In this document: piece by piece, positions 10,294 to 22,955 of the stretch
How the letters are laid out: the number at the start of each line of letters is the position of its first letter
Position numbering within the stretch: the stretch's first letter is position 1
Source of the DNA: Trypanosoma brucei
Taxonomy: Eukaryota
DNA length: 64,000 nt
Assembly (NCBI GenBank): GCA_000002445.1
Contig: CH464491.1
Location: forward strand, 96,001 to 160,000
Direction: 5' to 3'
The notes under the pieces: model-generated
The model's database searches: none
Seen by the model: only the letters and a program-made list of their open reading frames with translations
What the model was told of the DNA's origin: nothing
Translations under genes and position numbers: made by a program

Positions 10294-12120
10294 CTAAGCG
10301 ACCCATTCATCCTCCGCTGAGTTTTCTAAACCCGCAAGACCTGGAATCAGTTCATCAATTTGAGAAACGTTAATGGTAGATGCACCGCGGCGTCGAAGTG
10401 CCTGGGACACCGCGTCCTGCACCGTTAGATGCTCCCTAATGGGTTCACGGCGGCGCTTACGTGTCGAATGCGACTCTTCAAGTCTCTCAATTTCCTCCTT
10501 CGTGCGAGCAGCGCCGAGATTCCAACTTTCCCCATACAGCGCCTCGCCTACTTTTTGGCGTCTCAAGCGTTCCTCGTTATCAAGCACCAGATATGGTTCA
10601 AGGTCTGTCATGTCGTCTAATTCTGGATCCTGCAACACAATAAACTCCCAAGGCAGTGCGAGGGTACGCTCATTATCATACAATACCTCGGCTAGACAGG
10701 GATCTATTTTGAATTTGGCCTCTGCTGCACCTTCTGTCTTCACTACAGCTTCTTCCTCAGGCAGTTGAGGTGCCGGCACCACATCATCAGGGTTGACAGC
10801 CTCCATATCGAAATCGCGACGGATATCTAACACATTCGGATCACGTGTCATTAACATACGATAATAATCGGTCATTTCGGAAAGAGACATCCCTGCATTA
10901 GGTACAGGTGGTGCTCCCTTCTCAGGTGTACTCGGTTCCTGTCGCACGGGTTCCTGCTTGACCCGCTCAAGTTTCACCATAATTTTGTCCTCCTCTTCCT
11001 TCACACTTGCCCGCGCCTTCGACGAGTCGATCGGCTTGGTGTTGGGCAGGCCAAGAATCTGCAACTGTTGCTGAGGGGTTAATGTAGTTAAATCTAAACT
11101 AGCGTCACTTGGAGTTTTCCCCTCTAACGCACAGTGGCAAAGTAAAAAATGCCTCCACTTTTCGCAGCGATCTGGGGTGCTTGGGGTTGAAACCTTCGCT
11201 TCGGCCACAAGCTCGTAATACATTGCTGACAATTGCCGCAGCTCTGCATCACGCTTGTCCCCATCATACTTTTTCGTAGCACTGGTGAAAGCTGGTGGAA
11301 GTGAGCTGTCATCCCTTGTATACTTATCAATACTATCCAAGGCTGCTGTGCTTGTGGCCGCAAATTCGTCCAAACGCCTAGATATGGTCCCTGCGGTTAA
11401 CCTCACGAAACCACAAACTTCGTCAGGGGATCGCGGGATGTTAAACATGTAACATGCCACTAAAAGGGCGGCAACGCATACGCCAAGCGGCCGCCGACCG
11501 CACGCTATCCAGTCGTCATGCATGGCACGCAGAACCTTTAGTGCGCAAACCACTACTGATCTCGTCATTTGCCCTAAATTCATTTGCTCAGCAAACCTAT
11601 GCACGACACATGATGGGTCAATGACAGGTACCTCAGTCCGGGTAGCTTCGCAAACGAGATGCATGTATGATAATATATCATATGGACTCTCCCCGGTGGC
11701 ATCCGCGAAGTCGAACACCATATGAGATGTTCGTTCTCGACGGCACATGGCATACAAAACAGCGCAAAGAATAGCTGGTCGGGCGCCAGACACCGCGTTA
11801 AGACTAACTGCGAGTTTGTAAAGCCCCAGTGCTGCCTCCACCATGTCATCACTTACATCTAATTGTCGTGCAATTGTCGCCATCCCGCGACGAGCGGCCT
11901 CGATTGAAGGTCTGGCGGAGGGCATACGAACACTAACGGAGCCACGTGTGGGTCGCAAATGGCCAAGAGCCCGTAACCTTCCACCTTTATCACCACGTGC
12001 AAATATGGGATCCAATTCGAGTTGAGGATCCTGCACGATATCACCGCATAAAGTACAAGTGATGGTGCCGCGGGCGCGGTCTACATACTGAGCTGAGGTA
12101 GGATGCGAACAACTAGACAT
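10294..12120 (-). CDS. BRF1: TFIIB-related factor, BRF1-like (Pol III TFIIIB subunit): degenerate N-terminal ribbon, two cyclin folds, long C-terminal extension
   Basis: 608 aa. N-terminal 'CTLCGDIV' ribbon remnant. Cyclin-fold signatures 'ARRGMATIARQLDVSDDMVEAALGLYKLAV...ARPAILCAVLYAMCRRE' and a second repeat 'MTRSVVVCALKVLRAMHDD...GVCVAALLVACYMF'. The acidic/Ser-rich C-terminal half is typical of BRF rather than TFIIB (about 345 aa in trypanosomes, from memory). Confidence 0.55.
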   Translation of the reverse strand: MSSCSHPTSAQYVDRARGTITCTLCGDIVQDPQLELDPIFARGDKGGRLRALGHLRPTRGSVSVRMPSARPSIEAARRGMATIARQLDVSDDMVEAALGLYKLAVSLNAVSGARPAILCAVLYAMCRRERTSHMVFDFADATGESPYDILSYMHLVCEATRTEVPVIDPSCVVHRFAEQMNLGQMTRSVVVCALKVLRAMHDDWIACGRRPLGVCVAALLVACYMFNIPRSPDEVCGFVRLTAGTISRRLDEFAATSTAALDSIDKYTRDDSSLPPAFTSATKKYDGDKRDAELRQLSAMYYELVAEAKVSTPSTPDRCEKWRHFLLCHCALEGKTPSDASLDLTTLTPQQQLQILGLPNTKPIDSSKARASVKEEEDKIMVKLERVKQEPVRQEPSTPEKGAPPVPNAGMSLSEMTDYYRMLMTRDPNVLDIRRDFDMEAVNPDDVVPAPQLPEEEAVVKTEGAAEAKFKIDPCLAEVLYDNERTLALPWEFIVLQDPELDDMTDLEPYLVLDNEERLRRQKVGEALYGESWNLGAARTKEEIERLEESHSTRKRRREPIREHLTVQDAVSQALRRRGASTINVSQIDELIPGLAGLENSAEDEWVA

Positions 12121-12170
12121 CCACTACTAATAACAACAAAAAAATTCCAAATTAGTTAAGGCAAGCAACC

Positions 12171-12175
<5 letters not shown>

Positions 12176-12208
<33 letters not shown>
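12176..12208. repeat. (TA)n microsatellite, about 16 units, followed by (GTGC/GT)n
   Basis: Read directly from sequence, just upstream of the BRF1-like gene. Confidence 0.95.
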
Positions 12209-12209
<1 letters not shown>

Positions 12210-12836
12210 GTGCGTGCGTGTGTTTTCTTTTCTTTTCTTTTTCCTTCACAAATGGGCGTGAAAGGATATAAAAATATCACCAAACTACTAGTTCGTTCCA
12301 ACTAGTTACCTTCCTGAACACCTCTTGTATAAGAACTAATGGCAGGTAATGCACCAACGTACAGGAACAATCCCGTGCCTGAAATACAGTTACAACTGAA
12401 ACACGTACAACGAAAAAAAAAAAATTAAAGTTTAGGAACACAGTGAACCTCCAATGTGCCCTTGCTTCTCCACACTTGAAACGAGAAGACGCACTTCGGA
12501 TGAGTTACGTAAAAATTAGAAAGAACATTAAAAAACAAGGAGTTGAACGCAAAAAAAAAAAATTAAGATGAGTGAAGAGAACGAGCATTAGTGTTGAACG
12601 CAGTGTACTCATTATTAATCGTGCGGATGGTAGGCAAACTGAACAGTAACGACAGCGGCAACAATACGCCGGAGGAAAAGAGTTCGTTAATGAATAATTC
12701 ATTGAATGTCCGCGCGCACTGCCAAGCAACCTTACGACAAAAAAAAAGGCCAAAGAAAAGATGTAAAAAGCAAGGGGGCGAGAATGAAGAAGTAATTTAA
12801 GGATACCTCCTTTCTCAATCCCTCGCTTGCCCACGA

Positions 12837-13985
12837 TTACTTGCAGGACATTCCACCTGGCGTAATAAATGCTTGGAAAACAAACCGGTAACGGCCCTTC
12901 AACTCACGCTCAACAATGCGCTGTGCTCGGTAGCAAATCGCCTCTAGTTTTGCGTAAAAGGTAAACATGTATGCGGGCCTATCAAAAAATACCTCCGTAA
13001 TAACCTCAACCGTCCCAGAGTCTTTTTTCGTCCATCCAATGATCCGATGTCGCATTTGGTGTGGGATCTCATGCGGAAGGACCTCAAAAAAGCACTGCCG
13101 TAGCAATTCCATCACACGATCAACAGGAGTGGCATCCGTTGTTTCATTTCGAAAGAACTCCCAATCCCCTGGAGAGGCGTAACGGCAGAGAAGATCCTTC
13201 AACTCCACGAGCCCATTTCCACCCTTCACACTAGTTTCACTTACGCAGGCAATAGGAAGACATAAAGACTCCAAATCAGTCCGCATCGCAAAATATAACT
13301 CGCGGTGTCTTGGGGTTTGTACTCGGTCCATCATTGTAATAACCAAAACTACAGGCATCTTACGCAGTGATGCCCGGTGGACAACCTCACGGGCAACAGT
13401 CTTTTGTTCCGGCTCTACAAAACCGAGTCCCGCCGGTAGGGTTAACATAACGAGATCTGTAACGGTAAAAGCATCCCATGTCCGCGCAACAGGAGCAGCA
13501 TGACGGCGGCGGTCTTTTTCACCGTTACAAATAACAATACCGGGTGTATCGAGTAGCACCAATTGTGTATTGTGCACCGTTGCAACGCCCCTCGTCCACT
13601 CCCTAGTTACACCACTACGATTACTTACAGCACCAATATGACTTAGCGAAAGGGCATTTAGCAGTGATGTTTTCCCGCTGTTTTGAGTCCCCACAATTAC
13701 GGCTCGCAACTTGTGGGCGTCTGGGGGCTGCTGAAGTGTTGATTGCTGATTTATGTGAGATCCGGAGTTGCTCTCATCATTTAGTCCAACCCACCGAGCA
13801 GTATCGCGTAATGGAAAAGCTTCCTCCACAGGTGTAAAGCGTCTTTCCTTATAAATACGAGTAAAGCGCTGCGCGACAGCGTCAACGTTGGCATTCTTCT
13901 GCTCGGAAAGTACAGAAACGATGCGCTGCTCCCAGCGGCGTCTGCTGTACACGGTATTTAGTCGGGAAAAAGTACGAGACAGCAT
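12837..13985 (-). CDS. Era-like GTP-binding protein (probably mitochondrial)
   Basis: 382 aa. Walker A 'GTQNSGKTSLLNALS', G3 'DTPGI', and a C-terminal KH-like region. N-terminus is Arg/Ser-rich and presequence-like. Confidence 0.65.
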   Translation of the reverse strand: MLSRTFSRLNTVYSRRRWEQRIVSVLSEQKNANVDAVAQRFTRIYKERRFTPVEEAFPLRDTARWVGLNDESNSGSHINQQSTLQQPPDAHKLRAVIVGTQNSGKTSLLNALSLSHIGAVSNRSGVTREWTRGVATVHNTQLVLLDTPGIVICNGEKDRRRHAAPVARTWDAFTVTDLVMLTLPAGLGFVEPEQKTVAREVVHRASLRKMPVVLVITMMDRVQTPRHRELYFAMRTDLESLCLPIACVSETSVKGGNGLVELKDLLCRYASPGDWEFFRNETTDATPVDRVMELLRQCFFEVLPHEIPHQMRHRIIGWTKKDSGTVEVITEVFFDRPAYMFTFYAKLEAICYRAQRIVERELKGRYRFVFQAFITPGGMSCK

Positions 13986-15832
13986 GCTTGAAAATTAGAG
14001 CTGTTGTGCAACACAAACAGAGACACACACACACACACACAAAGGCAGAACCGTACACCTATAAGAAGAAAAAATAAGAAATACGTAAGTTTCGAAACCA
14101 ACCATTTGGAGAAATAAGACGATTACAAACACGTCAAGAACAGGGGGAAAAAAGGGAGGTAAAGCGCCTGGAGGAAACAAACCATTGAAGGGAAGGTGGT
14201 TCAGCATTTACCTCACTTAAACCGCAACCTCGTCGAACAGTAAGCACACGAACAAATGTGTGCATGTGAAAATAATAAACACGAACAACTTTCCCAATTG
14301 TGGCGAAATTTTATGATAATGATGGTAAGGAGGAAGAAAGGAAGAGGAGGAGAAGGGGGAATAAAAAAAAAATGCGACACAAAACTCCGCGCATCCGGCA
14401 GCTGCTGACATCAATCATAAAACCGGCAGAAATTGGTAACACACACGCACATGAGCCCACAGTAAAGCTGTGAACATCAGTGAGCTCATATACATTCTTT
14501 TTTATATATATATTTCTCTCGTAAGGAAGGAGGAGGGAAATTTACCGAAATCGCGTGAGACTACTGCACCCCTCCCTTCCGTGTTAACTATAAATGTAAG
14601 CAACTCGCCACTGCTTCTCCACAAACGGTAAATGAAACATGTGTTGTTTCTTGTTTCTGTTATTTTTCTGTTTTCTCTTTTTTTTTCTCTTGTGGCTGTT
14701 GTTGTTGTTTTTATTTTTTTTCCCCCTTTTGGTATGGCTGTTGTCTACAGATTTGATACGCCGCTGTACTCCCGTCCCAGTCGGCGTATGGCACCACGGC
14801 GAATAAATAGAAATACCATTGTACCAACTATTCCAATTAGCAGTAAATATGCAACTAAATACCGTTCCCGTGGGATCTCCGGTTGTTGTTGGCGTTGTTG
14901 TTTTTGTTGGAGTTGCTCATGAACCTTCGCGGCAATGGAGACATTTGTAATATTTTCCATATTCCACTACAAGTAAATATTATCAAAATAAATGGCACCA
15001 AAATACACCACTTACAAACTGGACACAAATTCGATGGAAAAATACTTGAAACAGTAAAAACGAAAACGAAAAAAAAAAGAACTACAATAATAAGAATAAT
15101 AATGATTCATTTATTTTTTGTTAATATTCGAAACAAGAAGAAAAAAAAAAGGAACAAAGTAGAGCTTGTTAATTTGTTTTCTTTTACAGCATCATGAGCA
15201 AATGATATGAATGATAAGCACAAAAAAAAAGATACCGACAAAATATAAACATGAGGGCAAGTTTTTAAAAAGAAATATGTGAATGTTACTGCAATAGGAT
15301 CTGGGGAAATTCGCACTGAATGGTGAGAAGTTTACCAAATGTTCAAAAACAAAAATAATTATATGGACACACAACCATCACAACTTTAAATGACCGGTTG
15401 AATACTCATTGGAACACGCCAAACTCTCAAAGAAATATTTCTCAACATTGCGCTCAAGCAAACGATGCAGTAGTAGCAAAAAGGCATGTAACTAAAATAG
15501 GCGGTAAGCAACGAGGAAAAGGAAAAGAAAAAAAAAGGAACGCAACAATAAAATATTCCTACAAATATACACAGTACCAATATATGAAGTGCGGTTCACA
15601 ACTACACCGAAGAGAAAATCGCGGTTGAGGTACAGAAGGATTTTAAAAAACAAAAAGAAAAAGAAAAACATTAGTGACTGTAACACGTCATTCCACACAC
15701 AATCTTTTTATATGCTTTCCTCCTCCTTTTCTTTTCTTTTCTTTCCTTTTCTTTTTCTTTTCTTTCCTTTCCTTTCCTTTTCTTTCCTTTTTCATATATC
15801 ATATTATATTTTCTTTTTCTTTTTTTCCCCCT

Positions 15833-16306
15833 TTACGTTTCAGCACCACATCGGCGCAATTCCTCCTGCAGTACGCGACAACACTCCGCGAAAGGCCTCC
15901 CGCTTCCACAGCAGCATGACGGAGCATCCGGTGGTGAATTAATGAGATTTTGACGGAATGCCTCATCTCGAATGACGCGAATGGCCTCCGGAGTCCCAAT
16001 ATTTTTTAGCGCATTAAATTCAACGCATCGCCTCCGTAATGACGCAATTGTGCCGAATCGCTCGTGAATATTAGATTTAACGCCTTCTCGTGGTATTTTC
16101 CGTCGCTGCCTCCAACCCAAAGCTGCAAATATGGCGATAAAAGTAGTAACAATAACATACATACGCAATGAATCTTGATGAAGCCTACTGATAATAACTG
16201 CACCAAACCACCACACAATTAACCAAAGAATGCGCCTCACCCATCGCTTTTTGCTTTTTAACGAAGCCCGCTGCCTTCGCTCCGAAATATCTGAAGGTGG
16301 AGCCAT
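15833..16306 (-). CDS. Small membrane protein with C-terminal SEC-C zinc-binding motif (conserved hypothetical)
   Basis: 157-aa ORF, the only convincing ORF in about 9 kb of low-complexity DNA. Two predicted TM helices ('ILWLIVWWFGAVIIS', 'YVIVTTFIAIFAALGW'). 'CCCGSGRPFAECC' matches the SEC-C consensus C-x-C-G-S-G-x(4-5)-C-C. Confidence 0.5.
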   Translation of the reverse strand: MAPPSDISERRQRASLKSKKRWVRRILWLIVWWFGAVIISRLHQDSLRMYVIVTTFIAIFAALGWRQRRKIPREGVKSNIHERFGTIASLRRRCVEFNALKNIGTPEAIRVIRDEAFRQNLINSPPDAPSCCCGSGRPFAECCRVLQEELRRCGAET

Positions 16307-19300
16307 TAGTTTCTAAAAGGAGGAGGAGGGGGGGACAATATGCGCAAATACGGAAGATGATACAACAAAATATATATATATATATATATATATTATTATT
16401 ATTATAAAGAGGATAGATCACAAGTGAATAAACGGGCGACGTAAACTGCATTCACAAATTGAACCATAAACTTTTTCTCACTCTTTTTGAGGTGACGATA
16501 TCATGGCGGCAAAAAAAAAAAAAGAGGAAAGCAAAATTAATAACACCGTCGCAGTTACTCACATGAGTTTTGTAATAGTTCCATAACATCAAAAATGCAC
16601 CTTCTAATAATTAGGATGAAAAATATAAAAAAAGGCTCATTCCTCCCCTCATCAGCTCTCAGTATTGACTTGAGCATCACTCCGTTCAGATTATAATACC
16701 ATATAATATAAAAGTGTAAGAGATAAGAGGAAGAAAAGAGGCTCCAGCACATTAACGGAAAAATAATACACACAAATCACTAAAGTGATGTTAATAACAA
16801 CCTCAAACTTCAATAAATAAATCAATATATATATATATATATATTAAATAAATAAATATGTATATTGATTTATTTATTTGATATAATGAAGTTTTATATG
16901 GTGTTTACCAGTACCCGAAAGGGAATACAACCGATCCAACGCACTTTTACAACATCATCAATGTAAGCCAAAAAGACCCGAAAGGATTTCTTTTGCTGCC
17001 ACTTTCAACACAACTCCATCATTACTCCTATCATTTATACCTAACATACGCACTGAATAGTAAAGAAGAGAGAAATGAAGAAAAATGAAGAAAAAGGAAA
17101 AAATAGAAAGAAAAATAGAAGAGTCATTAAACAATGATGAGTTATTGCAGTAAACATTCACAAGTCAAATCCGTATATTTAATGAAAGGAGGGGGGGCAG
17201 TCACACGCAAAGCTCCTGAAGGTTTCGCTGGGGGCAAGGCAACTTCATACAGCGGAGAAGACTTTTTTTAAAAGAGAAAAAAAGCGCCAGAACCATCAGC
17301 TACACACCAACAAAATAAAAAAAAAAAGGAGAGCGCCACTCCACTTTAACCATGCATATATTCACACAACACCCTCTTTTTCCTTGATTCTCACACTCTT
17401 TTTTTTCCCCCATTCTTCCTCTTCTTCTGTCCTTCCTTTTTTTTTAAAACCTTTCTCCCTTTTTCCACCATATAGAAATAAACGTGAACATTTAAATATG
17501 AATGTATACCTTTTTTTTTCACCTTTTGGGTACAGAGCTTTGACTACCACATGCAGAGCATACATATGTTAATCCCACAAAAATAATATAAATAGATACA
17601 GATATACTTTTTTATTTATATTTGTGCTTGCATGTGTGTGCGCGTGCGTGCGTGCTTGTGTTTGTTTGTTTGTTTGTTTATATCCATGTGTATAACCATA
17701 TACAAATGTATTTTATATTATATCAATACGCTGTCTTTGCTAATTTTCTTTTTTGTTTTTTTTGGTTTTGTTTTCTTTTCTCCTTCTCTTGCTTTTGATA
17801 TTTTTCCCCTCTTTTTTTTTTGCTTTTTTCTTATTCCTTCTTCGTTGTTGCTTCCTCAATTTTACTTCTGCTTATAAATATATATATATATATATACTAC
17901 CCAACCATTCTTCCAGGTAATTCAGCGCTGATGAGTATCGACTGTGAAATACTATCTCTAACAATCCGTAACAAAAATAAAACTGAAAAAAAACATTTTT
18001 TACCAATCGTCGCTACATCCAAATAATATGAAAAGGGCTCAGCACATCTCATGTTCATTTGGGAAGCGAAGACTCGCGGCTCCTTTTGTTTGTTTGTTTG
18101 TTTCTTCTTTTCTTTCTTTCGTTTAAACTCTTCTTTTTCCACTTCGACGTTTTTTTTTCTTTTTTTCCTTTCCATTCTTCCCTTTTCGTTTCCCGCTCAC
18201 ATCCCTTTTTTTTCCCCCTCTTATTTTGAATTTTTGCTTCTTTTCCCTTCTTGTTTGTTTGTTTGTTTGTTTGCTCTTTTTTTTTCTTCTTTATTTTGAT
18301 CTGACGTATTCGTTTTCGCTAGTTATTCCTTTTGTTTTCATAAAACACAAACGCCGCTCTCTCTCTCTCTCTCTCACACAAATTTCTTTCTTTCATTGTT
18401 TTTTTTTTCCTCTTTTGATCCTTTTTTTTTTTCTGCTACTATTGTTTTTGACTTAGTCATGAGCCTCATTTTCCCTTCTGTATTTTTCCCCCCTTAGAAT
18501 CCGTTCCACTCATTTATATATATATATATAATTTATAAATATTTAAATTTATTGTGAAAACCTCCTTTACGCCGACGCATGCGCGCTCTCACTTGTCCCA
18601 CCCTTTTTTTTGGTTCTTTTTTTTTTCTTGTGTGTCTGTCTTTGCGTATATTTTGTTTGTTTCTTCTCTTTTCTGCATTTTCTGCATTTTCTTCATGCCA
18701 CATTTCCACTCCAATCCTTTCGCCACTTCCGTTCCCTTTCATTTCCTTCCCATCATTATAACATTACTGTTCATACATAATATTCCCCAAATACAATATA
18801 AAACAGCGGTACCACATTTAAAAATAAATTAAAAAATTAAAAAATAAAGTAAAGTTAAGGTAAATAAAAGACATAAAAATAAGAAAAATAAGAGAAAGAA
18901 AAGCGAACCGCTGAAAACACACACATATATGCGCGTAAAAAACAAAAAAACAAAAGAAACAAAAGGGGAAAAGGAACAAAACAGAACAGAACAGAACTGA
19001 TGAGGGAAAGAAATGAAAGAAATGGGCAAAACGAAGAGAAGAGGCACCGAAAGAGTAAAAGTCATCTTTTTCTGTCTTTTATTTTTTTTTTTCGTTTCAT
19101 GGCCACAAAACATGAAGCCATACACGCACGTATACTCATGCACACGGTAAAAGCAGATGATTCCGGTAATAATTTTTTTTTGTAAAAATAAAAAAGAAAC
19201 CCCCAAAAAAAAAAATACACAAAAAAATGGTAGGTAACAAAAAGCCGCTGGTATATAAACACACTATATGATGAATCGTAAATATTGTGTTACTTATCAA

Positions 19301-19830
19301 ATGTTCATGATCCTCTTCCCTCACACACACACACACACAAACATACCGTAAGAGAGAAGATCAGGGACACTTCCAAACACAATAAAACGTAAAAAAAAAA
19401 AAAGAACGAAAAATGAGAGGAAATTCAGGCGGGACGACGCGAGAACTTTTCGAAAGGGAGGAATCGGTAAAATAGTGCATAACAAAAGGAGAAAAGAAAA
19501 AGAGAAAAAGAAAAAAAAGAAAAAAAAAAGAGGAGAAAAAAGGGAAAAGAAAAAAGAAAAAAGGGAAGAGGGAAAGAAGACAACAACGGTCAACTGGAAC
19601 GAAGGAAACCCACATATGAAAATAACTGGGTGGTGAAAACAGCAAAAATAGCATATGAACAACAACAACAACAACAAGAACAAACAAACAAACAAACGAG
19701 CAAAAAAAAGTAGAAAAAACAAAAACAAAAACAACCAAAAACTGACCACCCAAATTTGCCTAACACACGACACAAGAAATAATAGCCAAAAAGTATGCGC
19801 GAAGAAATATGAAAGCGAGGGAGTATAATT

Positions 19831-19872
19831 AAATGAAATGAAATGAATGAACGAATGAATGAATGAACGAAT
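19831..19872. repeat. (GAATGA/AATGA)n repeat
   Basis: 'aaatgaaatgaaatgaatgaacgaatgaatgaatgaacgaat'. Confidence 0.85.
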
Positions 19873-20763
19873 AGTGGGCATGAGATTGCACTTTTCAGTA
19901 GTTCAAGCCACTCAGAGGTGTTGTGAATCAAAAAAAAAAAATGTAAAACATGGACAAAGAAAACAGAAAGGCAAACACACACACAAAACAAAAAGTAAAG
20001 GAGATTTGCTTCAACCACATATAATGTGATTTAGAAAGAACAAAACAACAAACAAAAGGGAGAAAGGTACGTTCATGATGCACACAAAAAAACAAAAAAA
20101 CAAATACGAATTTGTACCAAATAAAAACAAAAAAGAAGTTAAGAGACACATTTTGCGTACGGACGCACTCAAAAATAAAAATGGTGCAGCGGTACCCAAA
20201 AGAGAGGAGTAGGGAAAAGGGGGACATACATGATGCCAACTGTAATGGTGACAGGAACAACACACACTGAAACGAAAACAAAACAAAACAAAATACCAAA
20301 CGAGACATGCGCTTAACAATGCAGAGTATTTCGCTTCAGCTCGTTTCGCCTCGTTTCTCATTCCTTTTTTTTTCATTTTTTTCTTTCATTTTTTTTTTTG
20401 CGATGTACCTCTCCCAACTCATTGCATCCTCTCATGTCATCTTGTGTTTTTTTTCCGCATTCCTTTTTATGTTGTTATTTCATCATCATCATTTTCATCA
20501 CAATAATCTCCTCTCTTCGGCAGCACATGCACTTCCACAACTTAGTGTGTGTATGTTTCTCTATCCCCTCCTTTTTTTTTTTGAATTCTCTCTTCTTTTC
20601 ATTCTTTTAATTGTTCGTTCGTTTGTTCTCCTCTGCATTCACTCAACTGTCCTTTCCTCTCATATTCAACGGAATGTGACATGTGGAGAATTGACAGACA
20701 TTTCAACGCGTCAAGTAAATGCTCCAAATCATCATGAGGATCTTTCTTCAATCTCATCTTGTC

Positions 20764-20795
<32 letters not shown>

Positions 20796-22955
20796 AAATC
20801 AATATTACCCCTTCGTTCATCCTCTCTTTCTTCCCTATTTTCCTATTACTTTTTCATTTTTCTTTTTTCCCTTCTGTTTTTTTTTATTTTTAAAGAAAAG
20901 GTTTCCCTCGCACTTTTCTGTCCGCACACATCCACACACACAAAAACAAACACACATGCAAAATCTCTTTCTTTACTCTTTCCTTTTTTAAAAAAAAAAA
21001 ATTTCCCCTAATCTTTCCAAATATTTATTCTCACTACCGTCAGGCAACTCTTCTCACTTCCTCTTCTTGGGTTTCTCTCGTATGTGATGTTATGTATTAT
21101 TTTTTTTCTTTTTTTTTGGGGGGGGGAGGGGAAGTGGAGACGAACACTGCTGTAAAATGTGTCTGTTTGCATAAGATGCGGGTTCACCTTCATTCGGTGG
21201 GGAATAAAGAGGGAGAAAGAAAGAGAGAAGTAGTTAAAAATAAAAAAGAGAAAAAAAAAGAAATGAAATGTGTATGTAACTGACTTCAGGAATATGTTGC
21301 GGGTAAATAAATATTTATTTTTGGACTCCAACTACTTTCATATTGCCACCATAATATTCCCCACATTCACATCCATTACTCCGTCGTATCGCGTTGTACC
21401 CTTTTTTTTTTATTTATTACTTTAATCCTAATCTCAACCACCTCAACACCATCCTTTTCAATTGCATTCTTTTCTCCTCTCCTCTTTTTCTCCCCTTTTG
21501 CTATATATTTCTCACCTTTTCTTTTCTCTCTTTTTTTTTTATTGTTTTGTACAATCAACTCTGTATGTTGTCACAATACGCGCATGGCTCCCTATACAAA
21601 AGAAAAACACAAATACATGTACACACGAAAAAGCGGAGACACATACGTCTTTCTTTCCAACGACGCGCTCGACGTGGTTGTGCTTAGGTTTTCATATTAT
21701 AATTTATTATTTTTTTTTAATTTTTCACGCTCAAAAATTGATTTCATTATGTTCTCCTCATTCCTTCCACTTCCACTTCCACTTCTCCCACCTCTTTCTG
21801 TTTCTCTTTCTGTTTGTTTCCCTTCCTTTTTCTTTTTGCGTTTTTTTTTCCACCTTTCATTCGTTCTTTTCAACCGGGTCTGGCTCACTTCTTGCTGAAG
21901 GTTCCCTTCATTATCATATTATTATTATTATTATTGCTAGTGAGCTATTCTTTTCTTCCCTTCCCTTTCCTTTCCTTTTTTTGGATTTATTTATTTTTAT
22001 TTATCATATTTTTTTTTTCTGTTTCTTATTTTTTTTTTGCCCTCTCCACTATACTTTTATACTTTAACCCTTAAGTTAAATAAACAAATAAAACACACAT
22101 TGCATCTCGGTTATGATATCTTATAGCATCATGCCTTTACCTCAATAAGATATTTCCCTTTTGCCCTTTGTTTATCTGTAAATAAATAAATAAATATAAA
22201 TATGTATACACGCATACCAAAATGCATATACTTAAATACTTTTGTTGAAATTGTATCTCTTCCTCCCTGTTTCCTTCTCTCCCTCACATTTCCGCTATCA
22301 TTTGTTTCACCATCTTCATTTTATCCGTTGGCTAATTTTCCTGATTACCGTTTCTTCTCTTTGGCTTTGCCAACTCCTCCCTCTTTTTTTCTTTTTTTCT
22401 TTTTTTTCTTATTCTCCCATCTCTTCCTCCCTTCTCTCATTTGTGTCAAATTACCCCTTCCTAATATTTTCTTTTGGTTTTTGTTTCATTTCATTTTCCT
22501 ACTCGTTTACCCTTTATGAACCTTTCCGTTTCGGTACACATCACTTATCCCTTCTTTTTCTTATTATTATTATTATTATTCTTATTATTATTATTATTTC
22601 TTTTCTTTTTCCCTCCACCCATCACCCCTCTTCCTCATCCAATTCGATCCAATCCAACATTCTTTCACATCTGACATCAGAGTGCATTCTGTACCGTAAC
22701 GAAAGAAAAAAAATACACACAGAAATATATATATATATATATATATATACTCATTCTTTGATGTTTTTTTTTTCTTTTCGTGTCTGAAAAGAGAGAAGAA
22801 AAAGAAACAATAACTATAACAATAACAATAACAAGTAACAACAAAAACAATAGTAATAATAATAATACGGCCAAAGAGTAAAGAGTAAAGAGTAAAGTCA
22901 CACCTGCCCACAAATATGCATCTCACATATCACATAAAAGTCACTTTTTACCCCT

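Noticed and set aside
10373-10768. Plus-strand 131-aa Ser/Arg-rich ORF
   Set aside because: It is antisense to the BRF1-like gene's acidic C-terminal region. The composition is the mirror of the Glu/Asp-rich sense frame.
17362-22926. Dozens of 60-230-aa ORFs on both strands rich in F/L/S/C or K/E/R
   Set aside because: These are translations of homopyrimidine or homopurine tracts and (TA)n/(CA)n microsatellites. They have no start context or complexity and both strands are 'coding' simultaneously. They are treated as UTR/intergenic sequence.
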